This document shows, piece by piece, positions 61,852-64,000 of a DNA stretch of 64,000 nt (position 1 is the stretch's first letter; the number at the start of each line of letters is the position of its first letter). A program made the position numbers and the translations under genes. The notes under the pieces are model-generated. The model was not told the DNA's origin. It made no database searches and was given only the letters and a program-made list of their open reading frames with translations. The DNA is from Ylistrum balloti. Taxonomy: Eukaryota. The stretch lies in the NCBI RefSeq assembly GCF_031769215.1, contig NW_026782338.1, forward strand, positions 62,001 to 126,000. Direction: 5' to 3'.

Positions 61852-63346
61852 CTGTAATATTCAGAAACAGTCATTTAAAGATTTAACATTTAAACATTTA
61901 ATAGCAATAGGACCATTATTAAATGATTAAAACAGCTTGGAATTTAACTTATTGTCATGGCTGCCATATTGAACTTTTGACGTGGACAAAAATCAAATAA
62001 AAATTTTCTTTTGAGTTTCGCTTTCGTTGATATTCCTACCAATTCAGCTCAATGGCATCTTTGGAACCTGAGAAGAAATCTGAAATGTGTTTTTCAAGAT
62101 GGAAGTCATATTGAATTTTGGACCCCAAAATGTAACAACACTTTGCCAGAACCATTTCAGCTCAATCCTACTGGTGGAACTTGAAAAAGTTTAAAATGTC
62201 AGAAAGTTTACATATGGCGGATAAGAAGGAATGAAACAAGAAATGCTACTGGTCATCCTGTCCTTTTAGGAACTTTTCTTTTTTGGAAAGAACTATGTGT
62301 GATATTACTGTATTTTCCTGGCTATAAAATGGACCATAATGTAAGAAGCAGTGCTGGTTCTTAGTGACCTGATCTACATATAGGACACACCGAAATATAT
62401 GCTGCATCCTTTCTTATGATGTGGTAACCATTATGTTCACCAAATTTGTTGATATAACAGACAACGGAAGTCAATTTATCAAGATCATCAGTGAAATGTT
62501 TAATATAAATTTGCAAATTAATTATTATTAAGTCCTTATATCTAAGATGTGTTTGAAAGCATAAAATAGCAATTATCAAACTTGTTTGGCTTTGGAGCCT
62601 TAAAAGGTTGTCTCTGCACAGATATTGTCTCTGCGCAGATATAGGACCTGACGTTACATACAGTTTACTTAACAATATCTCAATCGGTGTCTGTATTGTT
62701 AAATAAAAGCGAAGGCCCTCGCCTGGCGACAAAATTCTTAAAGTTCAATATTATTTCTTCTTGTAAGTTACACAAAGCCATTCTTATCATAAACAAGCAT
62801 GGCATTAGAATTTGACCCAATGATCAATCGATTCCATAGGCAACAGGCTATTGTAAACTGCTATGGCTTCTGAAGCAACCATGAAAGTTCAGAAGATATT
62901 TTTGCAACTCATATTAAAAGCTATATAAATCCAAAAGAATGATATTTTTATTTCAATCTTAAAATCATCCTGTACGCGGTTGCGAATTAGGGTACCTATG
63001 TCTTGTACTGGCGTATCCTTGGTTTAAATCATTATTTCTTGTTCTTCCTGGAAGCAAGACATGTTACAGCAACAGATAAGAGAATCAATAGAAAAGGTAT
63101 AACAAACACAAATGATCATGACGGGCCACAAATCTAGAATCAAACGAAATTCATTACAGATGCCTTAAATATGTTGCGATATCATACAGCCCCTAATGTA
63201 CACTTTTGTAGGTCACCAGCAATAAGACCATACCTAAAAATTAGTTCTTACATATCTGCATCTATTCTGTACTTGACATGAGTGCTGTGTTGATCTCCTG
63301 AATTTATCAAAGGACTCAGTTTAGTGCTAGATTTTCTTATACTTAC

Positions 63347-63478
63347 GAAGTAAACGGCACCAAAACTGCCATGGCCGATTTCTCGTAGGTCAACAAATAT
63401 TTTTTCCGGGTCATCGTTGAAAAAGAAGAGTCCTGCAATATCAGGATCTTTGAGGCTTCCTGCCTTAGAATGGGGCAT
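63347..63478 (-). CDS. TAOK: TAO kinase first coding exon
   Basis: [44 protein letters not shown]; donor gtaagt; the 17 exons sum to 2700 nt = 899 aa + stop, all phases consistent. Confidence 0.97.
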
Positions 63479-63704
63479 GATGACCCCCTCAACTCTGACC
63501 TTGGCCTTGTCTACCGAGGGTCAAGGTCTTTAAAAGGGTACAGGAGCCTGTCTCTGATCATGTGAATGTAGTTTCTTGACCTTGTCTGTCAAATGTACCT
63601 GAGGAAATAAAGGATGACTTTATTGCAAACACTTTTAAGTTAAGGATAATAGCAGGATTTTGGGGTTTTTTTAAGTTTAAAAATACCTTACAACTGTCAA
63701 AGAA

Positions 63705-64000
63705 CAATAGGACCAGTATGTAAACACATGGACCAGTATGTACACAAGGACCAGTATGTATACACAAGTACTAGTATGTATACACAAGGACCAGTATGTA
63801 CACACAAGGACCAGTATGTACACACAAGGACCAGTATGTACACACAAGGACCAGTATGTACGCACAAGGACCAGTGTGTACACACAAGTACCAGTATGTA
63901 CACACAAGTACCTGTATGTATACACTAGGACCAGTATGTACACACATGGACCAGTATGTACACAAGGACCAGTATGTACACACAAGTACTAGTATGTATA
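63705..64000. repeat. ~20-bp minisatellite (GGACCAGTATGTACACACAA), runs off the window end
   Basis: Direct tandem repetition; explains all ORFs at 63677-63992. Confidence 0.95.

Overview
Eukaryotic, AT-rich, intron-rich animal DNA. The repeat families suggest a mollusc (bivalve-like), but that is an inference. Three protein-coding genes can be rebuilt from splice sites and phase. (1) The 3' part of a myotubularin MTMR3/MTMR4-type phosphatase on +, 7 exons visible, 1-5788. (2) A complete two-exon Shaw/Kv3-family K+ channel on +, 22870-33030, about 695 aa, with atypical voltage-sensor and gate residues. (3) A complete TAO kinase on -, 17 core coding exons, 63478-38906, about 899 aa. Between and within them lie a decayed CR1/L2-type LINE, an internally deleted Tc1 transposon with intact TIRs, a tRNA-derived SINE with a V-type domain, several MITE/Helentron-like relics and about 17 unrelated minisatellite arrays (roughly 11 kb). 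Most long ORFs in the supplied track are artefacts of these arrays. The best leads are: the possible regulatory/silent Shaw subunit; a CRE cluster just downstream of it; a tandem CTCF-motif cluster in a TAOK intron; an in-frame 33-nt candidate microexon and alternative donors in the TAOK linker; an Arg-to-Trp change in the MTMR FYVE motif; and a sharp CpG-rich/CpG-poor domain structure. I found no clearly new multi-gene system.
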